Shown one piece after another: positions 62,658 through 64,000 of a stretch of DNA of 64,000 bases (positions are counted from its first letter, which is position 1; each line of letters starts with the position of its first letter). Made by a program: the position numbers and the translations under genes. Source of the stretch: Iphione sp. A-MEVVRFRX5 (Eukaryota); contig OZ320317.1 of the NCBI GenBank assembly GCA_976226885.1, positions 42,222,001 through 42,286,000 on the forward strand. The letters run 5' to 3'. The notes under the pieces are model-generated. The model ran no database searches. It was not told the DNA's origin and saw nothing but the letters and a program-made list of their open reading frames with translations.

Positions 62658-64000
62658 ACATGCAGGAGGCTAAATGCATGCGGAGGAGGAAAAGTAGCGA
62701 TTCCCTAGCGATCATCCTCACCATCGCCCAGTGAGGCGGAATATGAAGCAGGAGAAGGCGACTGTGGTTGCGGGCGCCGGGTCAGTCGGGGTGAGCACAG
62801 CTTTATCTCCATCCCCATGTCCTACCCTATCGATCCCTTAATACCCCTCTCACATCGATACCACAGATGACACTGTCGCCAAGAAAAAAACTAATGACCC
62901 TCTGCTCCTTGATATATAGCTCCTGTCCACAGCTACCCCGCCCTGGACCTTATTACCTGCAGTATTAGATTATAAAGAGGATGGAACCATCTCTCATTTC
63001 GAAATAGGTAACTTCACTGGGTGCGACCCCAAAGGTTTATACGCCCGTTGTGAAGAAGACTACGTAGCATTTGTTTTTCGAGGATAAATACTTCTTTTAA
63101 GACCCGCATGTACGACAACTACGTCATATGGTTGATTCTGTGGCATTTGAAACTTCATTTCGATACCCCTTCGTTCAGAAAAGTCTTGTGCTATAAATAT
63201 AAGATAAAACTGAATCCTAACCCACGCTTTGCTATAGGTGACTCTCCGTTTCTATTGAACATCAATCTCTGACGTCAATGGGTTTCCGGAGGAAATCTCT
63301 TCATCGAGCAAGGTTTTCCCAACAGCAGCGGCGTCAAGAGTTGAGAGAGGAAACCCGCACCAAACAAGGGTTTGCTGAGCTCAGACGTCGTCCGGAAACA
63401 GCTATCTTTGTAAACTCTGTGTTTGAGATAAGTCGAGCCTGAAGGAGGTTGACATTCATACAGACACGAACGCCCATTGTCGCCGGTAGGGAGAAACCCA
63501 AGTTAATGAAATGCCAACGGCCAGCGTGCTATTTTCACTTCGGCCTGTCTGTCTCTTGCGCTTTGTGGCCTTTTTCTGAAGCTCCGACCATCGGGGAAAC
63601 ACTTCGTGCTAGGCGAAGGAGGTGGCGGCTCAAACCGAGGCGGCATAGACTTAATTAAACCGAGCTCACCGGCCAACCATTCCCTATGATCTAAAAGTCA
63701 CGCCGTCAATTACCTCCACACAAGCCCCCACCACCACCTCCTACCTCCTCACCACTTCAACAGAGCCTCAAGTCGGAGGGGGTTGTGGTTTTTAATTCGT
63801 GCTCTGTCTGTGTGTGCTTTACTAATTATACCCGCTCTCTTAGACAATGACGCTCGTTAGGTGGCGCTAATGACTTCCTGTGCCTTGGGTCGGAGCACCA
63901 CCACCACCACCGCCACCTCCACCAAATGATAATGATGATGGTGGACGATGAACGGCATCACTGTAAATATCACCCAAACAAATATCACACCCAGCGGACC

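Noticed and set aside
62248-62734. Poly-Pro/poly-Leu/poly-Gly ORFs (up to 158 aa)
   Set aside because: Produced by GAG microsatellites; no splice or homology support.

Overview
Eukaryotic (animal) genomic DNA with spliceosomal GT-AG introns; probably a lophotrochozoan such as an annelid, inferred only from the protein family. The one well-supported gene is on the minus strand (about 43.7-54.1 kb, 5' end unresolved). It encodes a single-pass membrane protein: SUEL/rhamnose-binding-lectin domain, CUB-like domain, sushi/CCP-like module, TM helix and a Tyr-motif cytoplasmic tail. I traced seven exons with mutually consistent phases. Extra candidate exons downstream of the TM exon can switch the reading frame of the last exon, and the 3' UTR carries a tight cluster of Pumilio-type elements. 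About 9.4-21 kb is a strand-skewed satellite with three nested periods (about 35 bp, about 563 bp, about 1.13 kb A/B dimer), followed by T/C-skewed low-complexity DNA to about 29 kb. The 33-39.5 kb region looks regulatory (five perfect CRE palindromes, an RFX X-box, and a CCAAT/GC/ETS/YY1 promoter-like block), with orphan exon-like segments I could not assemble into a gene. Also present: a TTAA-flanked piggyBac-like MITE, a perfect 16-bp palindrome, mini/microsatellites and a 137-N assembly gap. I found no rRNA, tRNA, CRISPR array or intact transposase. Most entries in the ORF track are compositional or antisense artefacts. All analysis was by eye; no database searches were run.
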